A stretch of DNA of 63,872 nt, the filler included, from Olpidium bornovanus S191 (lineage: Eukaryota > Fungi > Olpidiomycota): NCBI GenBank assembly GCA_017911155.1. It is 30 parts of 30 records of this genome, joined end to end, with 100 filler letters (N's around TTAATTAATTAA, not from the genome) between each part and the next. Parts side by side here need not be neighbours in the genome. Positions count along the whole stretch, not along the records: positions 11,334 to 13,713 come from JAEFCI010006023.1; positions 13,814 to 15,089 come from JAEFCI010002685.1; positions 15,190 to 17,693 come from JAEFCI010012208.1; positions 17,794 to 20,473 come from JAEFCI010007246.1; positions 20,574 to 22,127 come from JAEFCI010012579.1; 25 more parts are not named here. One strand, given 5' to 3'. The first letter of the stretch is position 1. Each line of letters starts with the position of its first letter. Below are positions 11,793-22,227 of this stretch, piece by piece. The translations under genes and the position numbers were made by a program. The notes beneath the pieces are model-generated. The model was not told the origin of the DNA. It saw only the letters and a list, made by a program, of their open reading frames with translations, and did no database searches.

Positions 11793-13030
11793 TTAGACCA
11801 AAGAGGAGTTGGCCAATCGCGCGTCCTGGTCGGCATCTGTCACGTCCTCGGGGATTTCCGTGTGATCATCTCCCCCAGGCTCAGAGTGCCTGAGGTTACC
11901 ATCATTACTCGAAAGCTCAGAGCACCTTGAACCAGATGCCGGCCTGAATCCCCTTGTCATGACAAACAACCAAAACCGCTGCGGGATGGCATGCGCTATC
12001 GTCAGGCGCCCCTCATGGTTTTCCGGAAAGTCCATGACGGCGGTGCCGTGATGCTCTCGATTGGCGAAGAAGAAGAGCATGTTGTCTTCCAAAGCGAAAT
12101 AGACGCCGCGCGTCGGAAAGATGAACTTGCCGACGGTAATGCTCGGTGCCTCCATGCAGTATGCAAGGCACAGGTGGTTGGTGTCGTTATCAATGTGCAT
12201 GCGTGGCTGCAAAAGAAGTATGCAAGCGGTAGTAGAGCGATATACCGGCCACCGGGCCCAAGACCCATTTAAATATGAAAAAGATTTTCTACCTGGTTAT
12301 TGTGAGCCGCGCACATTGGCGGCGGCGCATTAGGAAATGCCCAGTGGAGTTTGGCCAACTCGTCACTTAGGCACAAGCCGTGCGCCTCCACATAGGCGAG
12401 GAACTCACGCACGGGCCCGTGCTGTGCCGCACAGTTTGCCCGCATGACCAACCCCTCAGGCTCTTTACGAAGGGCGGGCTTGGCGAGGAATTGATGGAGC
12501 TCCCGCACCCCGCGAGGGCTTGCCAAGCCGAACCCTGCCATTTTCCCGCTGGTGATGTGCTGCCGGCAAGCGCTCTGACTCACCTCCAGCTGCGAGGCGA
12601 GGAGGACCCAACAACGGCAAAACCAGCGGTTGGAGGTTGATGTTGCTGCAAAGTTGTGGCGAAAGCCCCTGACCACAGCCATCGTCGCCTCCTCAAAGAT
12701 CTAACACTCGCGGATGCGGCGCCCTGGGTCGAGGTTTTTCAGGCCTTCCAGAGAGACGCACTCAGCTGACGGCGGGGTGCTGGACAAGCTCAAGATGAAT
12801 TTCCCCAGGCATCGAGAACGAAGAGCTGCATTGTGCAAAAGGACAAAACATACTGGAGTCCCTCGCCGACGCGTAACGGGTGCCTTCGGGCACCCAGGTT
12901 TTGCCCATGACCCCAGGCCCCGCACACCCTTGGAAAACGAACTGCACAATGGCCCAGCAGGGCGCCATGCCTTGCCCAGACAGGGGGATCAGGCGGCCAC
13001 CAGACAGACGCCTCAGCCCAAGCTTGCAAC
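11793..13030 (-). pseudogene. TET/JBP-family 2OG-Fe(II) dioxygenase; catalytic half intact, N-terminal half with a frameshift and a stop
   Basis: Motifs: SGKMAGFG, HxD (MHIDND, 12197-12189), [26 protein letters not shown] (distal His at ~12050) and NHEGRLTIA (Arg at ~12008). A probable phase-0 intron at 12207-12292 (CAG|GTAGAA...TTGCAG|CCA) joins ORFs 12269-12682 and 11793-12212. In-frame TAG at 12701-12703; frameshift at ~12803. Confidence 0.78.
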
Positions 13031-13813
13031 CATTCACGGTCGGCGAGGAGGACCTTGAGAGCCCCGAGCAGCGTGACGCCCTCTTAGACTTGAAAGAGGA
13101 TCTGCGCGTGCGACATGTTTAAAAATTAGCTTCCCTGCCGAAGGCAAATCGGGCTCTGGGGATGCGAGTTGGCCACGACGGCCCATGCCCCCTTCCAACG
13201 AAGCTCGCAGACCATACCTGTGCTGTGGCACGGCCCTCAATCCCGACCGTCGCCCAACGCCAAGGAGGAAGCCACGGAAGGCGGCGGCGGGCGGGAGGCG
13301 GAGGCGGAGGAAAGACGGCCCAGGGGCCCGGGGCCCGACCAATAGAATAGTCCCACCCAGAGCCCGCCAATAGAAGAGCCCCCCCCCCCCTCCCACAATA
13401 ACGCCACATGCGGGAATCCACCGCCAACCACATTCCCCCCCTTGGTAAAGAGACTGCCCCCGCGCGCAACTGCGCGCGAGCTTGGAGACCCTCGTGGGGA
13501 CCACGACCGCGAGGGAAAGCAACCGCGTCGGCGGACGCGAGATCAAGGAACGACTCGGACGACGTCCTGCCCCGCCGCTCAAACTCGACGGGCATGAATA
13601 GCCCGTCCCGCTCCGTAGCCTCGTCCCCTCACCAACTCGAACTTAACCGTACTCGTAACCCTCGTCACCTCACCTGTCGTCTTTCGCGCAGACCTGACGA
13701 GGAGAATATAATANNNNNNNNNNNNNNNNNNNNNNNNNNNNNNNNNNNNNNNNNNNNTTAATTAATTAANNNNNNNNNNNNNNNNNNNNNNNNNNNNNNN
13801 NNNNNNNNNNNNN

Positions 13814-14845
13814 ACATGAGCAGGATCCGTTCTTGGAGATCTTTCGACAGGGACATATGGAAAAGCGACCATCCAAGTTTCTTGTTCAGCGATCACGTGG
13901 TCCGGTAATTGGCCGAGGAGATTTTGGAATGCCTCTGTGTGGGCCTGTATGGACAAGTATCTCCCGTGATCGAAACAAATTAGTTTGCTACGGACATTGG
14001 CTGCGAAATTCACGGGATAATACCTGTTTCGAAGCGCATTACGGACGCAGCTGCATGCAGTACTTTGAGCTGATCGGAAACGATCCCTATGCTCATCAGG
14101 TCATAGGCATTGAACTTCTTGATGAAGGTTTCCAACACGGCAGGACTTCCCGTGCCGTCGTAGTGCGGAACGTCGTTGAGCAGTGGCTTAACCATGCTGT
14201 AGGAAATATTATCTATGGTTCCAGGGGAGGAAACGCTCGGTCCGAGGTTGTCAGTAGCGGCCATGCCGGCCGCGACTGAGCCACTGCTCGTGGCTGCACG
14301 CCCCGCAGCTGCGTCAACTGTGTGCGGCTCCGCAGAGTCGTCGGCGACGTCACCAGCATGCACCACGGCGTTGCCACCACCATGCACAACCGCGGCCTCC
14401 GCGGCGTCTTCCTCCTCCTCCTCATGGAAAGCTTCCGTTTTTACGTCCAAAGCTTCCAGGCGTCGAAGAATTGCTTCCAACGTGGCATTGTTTGCTTCTC
14501 GCGGACTGCTGCTGCTGCGCGTTCCCGTTCTGCTGCGCGCTCTCGTTCTGCCTCGCGCGCCGCGGTTACGCACTCTATGGCAAGCAGCCTTTCCTTCAAA
14601 CTTGACACGTCCTCCGTTTCGGGCGCTGCCGCCCTCAAGGCGCGTTCAAGCAGTCATTCTTCCCACATACCTTCCGTTCTTTTCTCGTCCTGGAGGACTC
14701 TCCTGCCCTGGCTCCTGGTTGTTAATCCTTGAGGTACGTCCTCGACGGGAAAACGCGTCCCTTCAAGCTTTACAACGTTTTCTGCAGCACCGCCGCTCTT
14801 TCTGACGCGGGGCTCCGGTCTTACTGGACTTCTCTCCGTGGGCAT
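13814..14845 (-). mobile_element. Degenerate Ty3/gypsy-like gag
   Basis: VPHYDGTGSPAVLETFIKKFNAY..SDQLKVLHAAAS and FAANVRSKLI..SIQAHTEAFQNLLGQL are retrotransposon capsid-type motifs. A coiled-coil N-terminus is present, with stops and frameshifts. Confidence 0.72.
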
Positions 14846-14958
14846 CGCCTCTTCGCTGACGGGAACGGGGTTGGAAGGGAAAATTGGAAAATGGTTTAAA
14901 GGGACAGGGACAGGGGTGCTGTGACGATGGTTCTGGTTGTCGTCGTCACACCCGGGTT

Positions 14959-15089
14959 GGGCTCATAACCTCTTGTGAACCGTCCCGTTGTATTGCTCTC
15001 TGAGGGTTTATTCTACGTGTGTGTAGGGAAAAGCTACGGTTTATGGCGTAGTGCGCGGTTGATACCCAACAACTCCTACCTTTCGCATG
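14959..15089 (-). promoter_or_regulatory. Putative 5' LTR end (AATAAA at 15007-15012, ...TCACA at 14974) and primer-binding site GGTTATGAGCCC (14959-14970)
   Basis: The minus strand reads GAATAAACCC...GTTCACA-AGA-GGTTATGAGCCC upstream of the gag. The motif matches the Ty5/copia half-tRNAiMet PBS. Confidence 0.65.
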
Positions 15090-16717
15090 NNNNNNNNNNN
15101 NNNNNNNNNNNNNNNNNNNNNNNNNNNNNNNNNTTAATTAATTAANNNNNNNNNNNNNNNNNNNNNNNNNNNNNNNNNNNNNNNNNNNNCATGAGCGCGG
15201 AGGAGGCATTTCACTTACGGTGTCACTTCCGCGGTAGTAAGAGGCAGCTTGATCTTCCGCCTGAAATCGCCATTGGTTTTCGTTTATTAGACTAGCCAAG
15301 TGACATATTAAGGCGTCCGGAGCACAGGGAAAGCATTTCGCTTGCATTGTTATCCTGCGCGTGTTCGTCCCCCTTTGAATGGGGTGAAATCGCATCGCAT
15401 TCGTTTGTTTATACGTTCGTTTGTACACCAGCTGCTAAGCTGGTTTCCCATCGCTGAAAGGCGGGCCGAGCACAGACTCACGTTGCGGGGAAAGGAGTTC
15501 GGAGCTTCTTCGACGGGAGAGGTGTTCGCAGGTTCTCCGTACTTTTGAATGTGTGGGAACGCGTCAGCTCTCATCTGCGTTAGGTTGTGAATTCACTGAC
15601 GAGGAATTCCGCTTACGCTTCCGGAAACGGCGTCCATAGCGTCCGCAGGTTCTCCACCCTTCGAACGTGTGAAATCGCGTCAGCTTTCGTTTGTTGGATT
15701 GGCGAAACTCGGCTGCCAGGCGACTTGCTAAAGCAGCCCGAGCATGGAGGAGCTCCTTTACTCACGTTTTCTGGAGGAGAGTCGTCCTTTGTGCGCGCGG
15801 AACCGCCGTCAGTTCTTATTCGTTAGACTAGTGAAACACGGCTGCAATTCTCCTGCTCACCTGCTCCTCTGAGTAGGCTCTCAGGTCGTCCATTAGTTCA
15901 ACTGCTGGTTAGTGCCGATTGGTACCTGGCCACTCCTTCGCCTTCTTACGCACCAGCACTTCTTCCGCCTGCAAGCAGTCCGCGGGTTAATGGACGGGAT
16001 CACGTTCGACGAGCAGCAAAGACAAAGCGCCGTTCGCCTACCCTCTTCTTCACGGGATGGTCCACAGGGCTCGCAGGCCGGCGGTAACCCATCGCTTTGG
16101 CTGGGAAGTCAGGCCGGAAGGGGGTCAGATCAGACGCGGCGATGTCCGGGGCCAGGTAGGTAGTTTGGAGCGCCCCCGCGGGCGCTTTTGGGCGGAGGGG
16201 TCCCGCCGCTGAGGCGACCGCCGGCCCAGCATAGAACGAGAGTGTTCCGCAGGGAAAAGGAGGCAAGCGGCTGCGGAGCAGCGGCGCCAAAGCCCGCCGG
16301 CGACGATCGGCCTCCTGTGGTCGTCGAGGAGCCGTCGACCCCTGCTGCCGTGGCCGGGAACGCGGAGCTTTCCAAGGAACCACAGGGCCGCCCCTGCGCT
16401 ACGTGTTGCAGAACGCACGGCGAAGGGACTTGCACCCCAGCGGGAAGGGTGGCGGTCGGCGCTGCTTTTGGTGACGAGCGGACGCGAGCACATGCCGCCG
16501 CTGCCACCGCTACTCACCCTGCCCGATCACGTCGCGGGTTTGCCGGCCGCCGACTTTCAGGAACGGGGTGGGTGGATGGCTTGGTGTCTTAAAGGACGGG
16601 AACCATCCGGTCTGACATCTGTGTCCGGCGAATCCTGAACGGCTAGGAAGGGCCTTAGCACCGACCCGCGGTCCCCGCGAGAATAGCGACGGCACCTCAG
16701 CGTGGAGGCGAACGTCC

Positions 16718-17669
16718 GTGAAAACTAGAAACGGCTTGAGCGAGGAGCGGCCGCCCGCGGCTCAGGATGACACCGTCGGTTCCAGGACGCGTTCCGCGTC
16801 CTCCCTGGACGCCGGCGCGCAAAATCGCCAACCCGGTTTCCGGTCTTTCTCCAGTTCCAAGGCCGACGGCGGCCGGAGCACCATTCAAGACGAAGTCACG
16901 GCGGAGGGTCTGTTCCGCGCGTCCTCTGGGAGCATTACTCAAAGCGAAGCCTCGGCGGAGATCCCTCTCCGTGCCCCCTCTCGGTTGCCATCTGCGGCTT
17001 CGGATTTGGACCAGGTGCAGCCGGTCCACCCGTCGCGTGCGCACTACGCGGCCTCCAGTGCGGGGATGAGCAGTATTCGACGAAGCCAATTGGGATCTCT
17101 AATTTGGAACTGCTCCGCGCAGGAGTACATCGAGCGTAAGTATGGTATCGCGCCTCCAACAGACTCGGCTGACGTCCGTCCCCCGACCCCGCCGGCGGAG
17201 ATCGAGAGGATAATTCGGGAGCCTCTCGATGAAGACGAGCTCGAAGTGTTTCTTAACGCCAAAGTCTGGGCACCCAATGCTTATTGGCAGTCCGGCAAAG
17301 GCAGCTGCCGCTCGTGCGCGCAACCAATAAACGACACGGATGTGGCATTCAAGGCCGAAGCCGTGGACTCGGTACCTACCCGTCCCCCCCCTGCCTCTTT
17401 ACTGCGCCGATACTTCAAATCAGCGGCGGCGCGGGCGGCGCCTGTCCGAAACTGTTGACCAAGATTTGCTTTGTTCTCAAAGTAGATTTTCCACGCATCT
17501 TGCTTTCGGTGTGACCAGTGCGACGTGTTACTGGACGAGCACACGTTGTTCACACTGCGCGGTGGCAAAATTATCTGTCGGAGCAAGTGTGCTGCGTCCG
17601 TCAGCAGGAGCCCCGAGACATCACCGGCAAGCACCTCCGACGGGAGGAGCAAGAATCGCGAACGGTAAT
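16718..17669 (+). CDS. LIM-domain protein (partial)
   Basis: After removing intron 17372-17485 it reads CRSCAQPINDTDVAFKAEAVDS|IFHASCFRCDQCDVLLDEHTLFTLRGGKIICRSKC, which is the C2-H-C-C2-C..C LIM pattern. The N-terminal region is low-complexity and the start is uncertain. Confidence 0.8.
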
Positions 17670-18717
17670 GAAGAACGCTCGAAAACCGCCATGNNNNNNN
17701 NNNNNNNNNNNNNNNNNNNNNNNNNNNNNNNNNNNNNTTAATTAATTAANNNNNNNNNNNNNNNNNNNNNNNNNNNNNNNNNNNNNNNNNNNNGGCGCAC
17801 CCAGGTCGGTTCTCGGCAAAGTTGGACGCTGCGATCACCGCCCCCCCCCCAGCCTCTGTACTGCTGTGAGCAGTGATCACTGAGACTTGAGCGGCGCTCG
17901 CCGACCGTGCATGCCCGACTGCTGTCACTGTATGCACTGCGAAGTGTGTCGTGACCGTGCGCCGGGCCCCGCTGCGTCACGGATAAATGTAAAGCGAGGT
18001 GCGTGTGTTCCCCGCCGGTGCGGCAGAATTCTCGTAATGGCAGCCCCAATGTACTGGGGATGGGTTGAAAATAAAGCGGAGAAGGAATTTGACGGCCGCG
18101 GCTTTGCCGGTGCCGACTTCAATGTCGGCGCAACTAGATTCCAGCTAAACCGGGGGGGGGGATCGAGTGGTGTACGGATCGGGAATCACACCGCCCTCAC
18201 GTAAGAGGTGTCGCCGAAGAAGAAAGAAAAAATGGGTGGCCGCGGCTGCGGTTCTCCGCGGAATCCCAAATGCTCCACGAGTCGCAGGACGGTGCATCTG
18301 ATGTCTTCCGGCAGCTCGCCGGATGGTGATATAACGCCATGTGCGCAGGCGGCAAATCAAGGGCGCCTCGGAAAAGTTCCTTGAAAAAAAGGCAAGACGA
18401 TTGCACGGCAACAGCGTTGTTTCGTGCTCATGCATCCAGATCACGAACAATAATTCCGTTGCGTCATTGACTATCCTGAAACAAAATCCTTAACGACAGG
18501 ACGTTTCGCATAAGTATATGGTGGCTTTTCCTGGGATCATCAGTGGACAAAACTAAGGTGAAAGCGTCCGAAGGAGAAAAAAAAAAGGCGGACTAAAAAA
18601 TTGGGGGAAAACGGGAAACCCCGGTCGCCTTTTGCCCTCCCTTTTAATTCGTTCGTTAATTTGCGTGCGCTTCGGTGACCTCCGGCTTGGCCGAGGCGAA
18701 CAAATGCGATATGCTTC

Positions 18718-20258
18718 TCAGCTGTTTCTCGACAGTGACACGTAAGCCGGCGATGCGGCCTCGTAATATGCGACAAATAACGACTCGGCGTTCTTCTCCA
18801 TAAATTTAAGGATCTCGTCGAAAACTGACTGGAGCACTTTGATGGCGTCGGCGTCCATGTTCGTGTGGCCTATGAGCACAGGGAGTTGAACTGGGTATGG
18901 GAGCGGAAGCGAATTGATGCAATGAGGTCAGCAGTAGAAACAGAGATGAAAAAGAGATGTCAAAACAAAAAGTAGAAGAAAAAAGGGCTTCCGGACAGCT
19001 CACCGAAGAGGCGCAGCAAATGCTCTGCGCCGTAGATTTCCGGCATAGTCTTCCCCTCGTACTCTTTCCGCGCGCTCATGTACTGGTGCCGCTCGAAACG
19101 GTATAACAAAATGTTCCCGAGGGCTTTGTGGAAGTAGAGTTTCAAGCCGTCAAGGACTTCGTTAAGGATATCATCGGGTACCCTGCAAGCCAAGGGGGTT
19201 GGGTTTGCGAGCGGCATAAAATTGGCAAGTGGCAGCGGTGCTTAGACTACGGCGGCATCTGCTTCCTGTCTGCAAAGATACAGTCTGCTGCTCACGCGTC
19301 GGTGTCGCTGCTGCCCGAGAACGTGCTGTTGTCTTTTACGTGATCCGCGAACATTTTAAGGATGTCGACGATGTTGGGGGCCCGCGGAAGAGGGACCAAA
19401 AGGTGATTCTTTGTGACGTACTCCCAGTCGTCCACCAGCCTGACCTTGAGGGCATCGGGTATCGGGATTTTGACGTCAACGCGCTTGGATAACTGGTCGT
19501 CCTTTTTGTAGGGTAACGTTGGAACTTTTTAGATTGCCGAAGAGGGCTCTCCTCGCTTTTTTCGGCCGCGTGGCGATTTCTGGGAGGGGGGCGTTCTCCC
19601 CGCGGGCCAGCTGCCTCCGTAACTACCTTTTCAGACGACTGGTCCCGTGGGCGCTTCTTCGACTTGTTTGCCCCGGTGTCGAGCGCGCCGCGGTCCTTCG
19701 ATGACGCCGCGCGTTTCGTTTCCGTGAACGTGTCTTTCAGGTGGGCCTGCCGCGCGAGGTTCTTTTCCGTCCATTTCAAAACCCGGGACTCGGCGACCCA
19801 CTCGTCCCACCTGCGGCAAACCGCGCCAAAGGCCTGCCTATCAGGGGCGCGGGTACCGGCGCAGCTCGTTGGTTCCCCCCCCCCCCCCCCCCTCCCCTCC
19901 CCCCCGCCGGCAGGGCGGCGTGCGTTTCGTGCCCTCGTTTTTCATGGGAGCGTACTTGCTGTTCCAGCCTTTGTAGTGAACGAAATAATGTGGCCCCGTT
20001 CCGCCGCCGGCGCTGCCGTCCCAGATTTCGGCCTTGAGGATCTGCGTGGCGAAAGACGTGCGGCGCGCGGCGCTCAGCCGGAAAAGCCGCCTTTCACGAG
20101 AAGCCGCGGGGGCGTCGGGTGCGCCGTCTCCCTGGTGCATTCAAGCGATGACAAAAGACCCGTGGCTCCTCTCTCACCTTCGCCTCGTACACCAGCGGCC
20201 CATGAAAGCAGAGGACTTCTTCGTTGGCCGCGAAGGCCGTCTTGGCAGTTTCCTCCAT
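18718..20258 (-). CDS. EAF3: MRG-family chromatin protein Eaf3/MRG15 (multi-exon, apparently complete)
   Basis: MEETAKTAFAANEEVLCFHGPLVYEAK, HYFVHYKGWNSK, WDEWVAESRVLKW, LKVRLVDDWEYVTK, GLKLYFHKALGNILLYRFERHQY, EIYGAEHLLRLF and ...YVSLSRNS*. Confidence 0.95.
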
Positions 20259-20717
20259 AAAAACGGCGGCACGGCGCGGTGTCTGTTAGTGGTCCCCCCG
20301 GGGCTCCTTGGGGACGTTGTATTTTCCCGAGCGGCCCTCGGCTCTGTTGGGGCCCCCGCCGCAAGAGCGGAGAAGCGAACTCGGGAGCTCCGTCGAAGAC
20401 GAGGCGCACGGAACGTCGGGAGGCGTCCCGGGCAGGTCGCGGCGCTTGCGGGATGGGCGCTCCGCCGCTCGCANNNNNNNNNNNNNNNNNNNNNNNNNNN
20501 NNNNNNNNNNNNNNNNNTTAATTAATTAANNNNNNNNNNNNNNNNNNNNNNNNNNNNNNNNNNNNNNNNNNNNCCGCCCGCCCCTTCGGCGCGGTGCCAG
20601 CGTGGGCACGCGAGGCAGCGGTCGGGAACCGCTGGCCTGCTCAGCTCCGGACGATTCAGATTGCAAGCGCAAAAAAAAAAAGAAAGGAAAAGCAATCCCG
20701 GCATCGTGGAAGCGGGG

Positions 20718-22061
20718 TCAGGAGGCCCCGTCCTGACCGGAGGAATGTCCCGCCACCAGCGCGCCGAGGCGGTCTACGTCCGCTTTGAGCGACTGGTTTT
20801 TGGGATCGAGATCGAGGGCACGGCGGTAGTCGCGCAGCGCTGCCAACGATCGTGCGGAAAGCACCGGATTAAGAATCGGGCTCGTCACGCGCGGGTCCAG
20901 CAAAAAAAAAAAAAAAAAAAAAACAAAAAAAAACAAAAGGAAGTCGCCCGACGGCCTGGCCCGCAACGGTGTTCAGCCGTCCAAAGCAACAACCCTCCCG
21001 CCCCACGAAACCGGCACACCCGTACCGTCCGCGTGAGCGCCCTCGTCTGCCATCGCGGTGGCTCGGCGGACAAGAAGACCGGCGAGGCACTCCCGGCGGA
21101 GCTTTTCCTCAAAGCCGCCGCGCTCCGGCGGCTCCATCATCTTCTCGGTTTCCTCCTGTTCCAATTCGTCAACGATTGCGATCGCCCGCGCGCAGTCCTC
21201 CGCGCAGGCGGCGTTGTTGCCGAGTTTCCGGTACGCGGCCGCGCGGTTGGAGAGCGTGCTGGAATTTTCACCAGATCCGAAAAGGAAAGGAGCGGTCAGT
21301 TCGCCGCGGTCCCTCCTTCACGCCCGCACCCCTGCGTCCCACCGGCCGCTGCCGTGAAGCGAGCGCCGCACCGGCGCCGCGGGCGCGCATACGGCCGGCC
21401 GGAAAACGCACTCTACATTCCGCCCGGAGTCCAGCGTCAGGCTCCTGTCGTACGCGTTGATTGCCGCCTGGTAATTCCCGTTCCTGAAGAAATTGTCCCC
21501 CTTCTCCTTCATCAAGAAGGAATTCTCCTCCTCGAGCGTCATCCCGTCCTTCTTGCCGCCGTCTTCGGCTTTTCCTTTGCCCCCGCTGGCGCCCTCCGCG
21601 CCTCTCCTCCCGGATAGCTTTTTCGCCAGCCGCGACCGCGCCAATCTTTCCGAATCCCGGCTCTCGCGCGCGGGGTGCGGGACGTCCCTGTGTGTGAACG
21701 TGACGGCGATGGACCCGTTCCGCCGCGGCTCGTGAGCGGCGGGCGCGGCCGGCTTCTTTCTCGCTTGCGCCCGGTTGCGCGCGACCGCCTGCATGGCCTC
21801 CGCAAGGACTTCTTCATCGGACGACCCCGAGTCTTCATCCAAGCCCGGACTTGAAGTAAAGATCGGCGTCGTCGGGATGGGACCTAGCGAAAAGGCGGCC
21901 AGCCGTTCCGGGGCTGCGGCGCAGCCCGCGTCACGGCTGACGCCGTCGTTTGCCGCGGTCCCGTTTAATTCTCGGGCTTCTACAGTCGAAGCCGGGTCGA
22001 ACGTGACATGTAGATGCGAGGGGTCGTTGGAGAGCGAATTCCGCCAGCGATCGAGGTCTGC
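20718..22061 (-). CDS. DNAAF4: Axonemal dynein assembly factor 4 (DYX1C1-like), C-terminal part with TPRs
   Basis: ADLDRWR, EPRRNGSIAVTFTHRDVPHPARES, EENSFLMKEKGDNFFRNGNYQAAINAY, GLLVRRATA and LRDYRRALDLDPKNQSLKADVDRL parallel the DYX1C1 PRxxGxIxxTFTxRxxPxPxRES motif plus TPRs. Confidence 0.85.
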
Positions 22062-22227
22062 CTATTAGAAGATACGCCTTCTGAGTTTTTGAATACGCTT
22101 TGCAAAAATGATCGAAAGAGTCGCGGCNNNNNNNNNNNNNNNNNNNNNNNNNNNNNNNNNNNNNNNNNNNNTTAATTAATTAANNNNNNNNNNNNNNNNN
22201 NNNNNNNNNNNNNNNNNNNNNNNNNNN

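Noticed and set aside
11793-12212. AlkB-type RNA demethylase, as in plant RNA viruses
   Set aside because: It lacks the AlkB terminal RxxxTxR double-Arg strand, and the GV..A/AxRExHxT pattern fits TET/JBP better. A profile search is still needed to confirm.
13714-13813. Treating the gag contig (13814-15089) as a direct continuation of the TET/chromodomain contig
   Set aside because: A spacer separates them, and the orientations are not collinear: integrase on +, gag on - and lying downstream.
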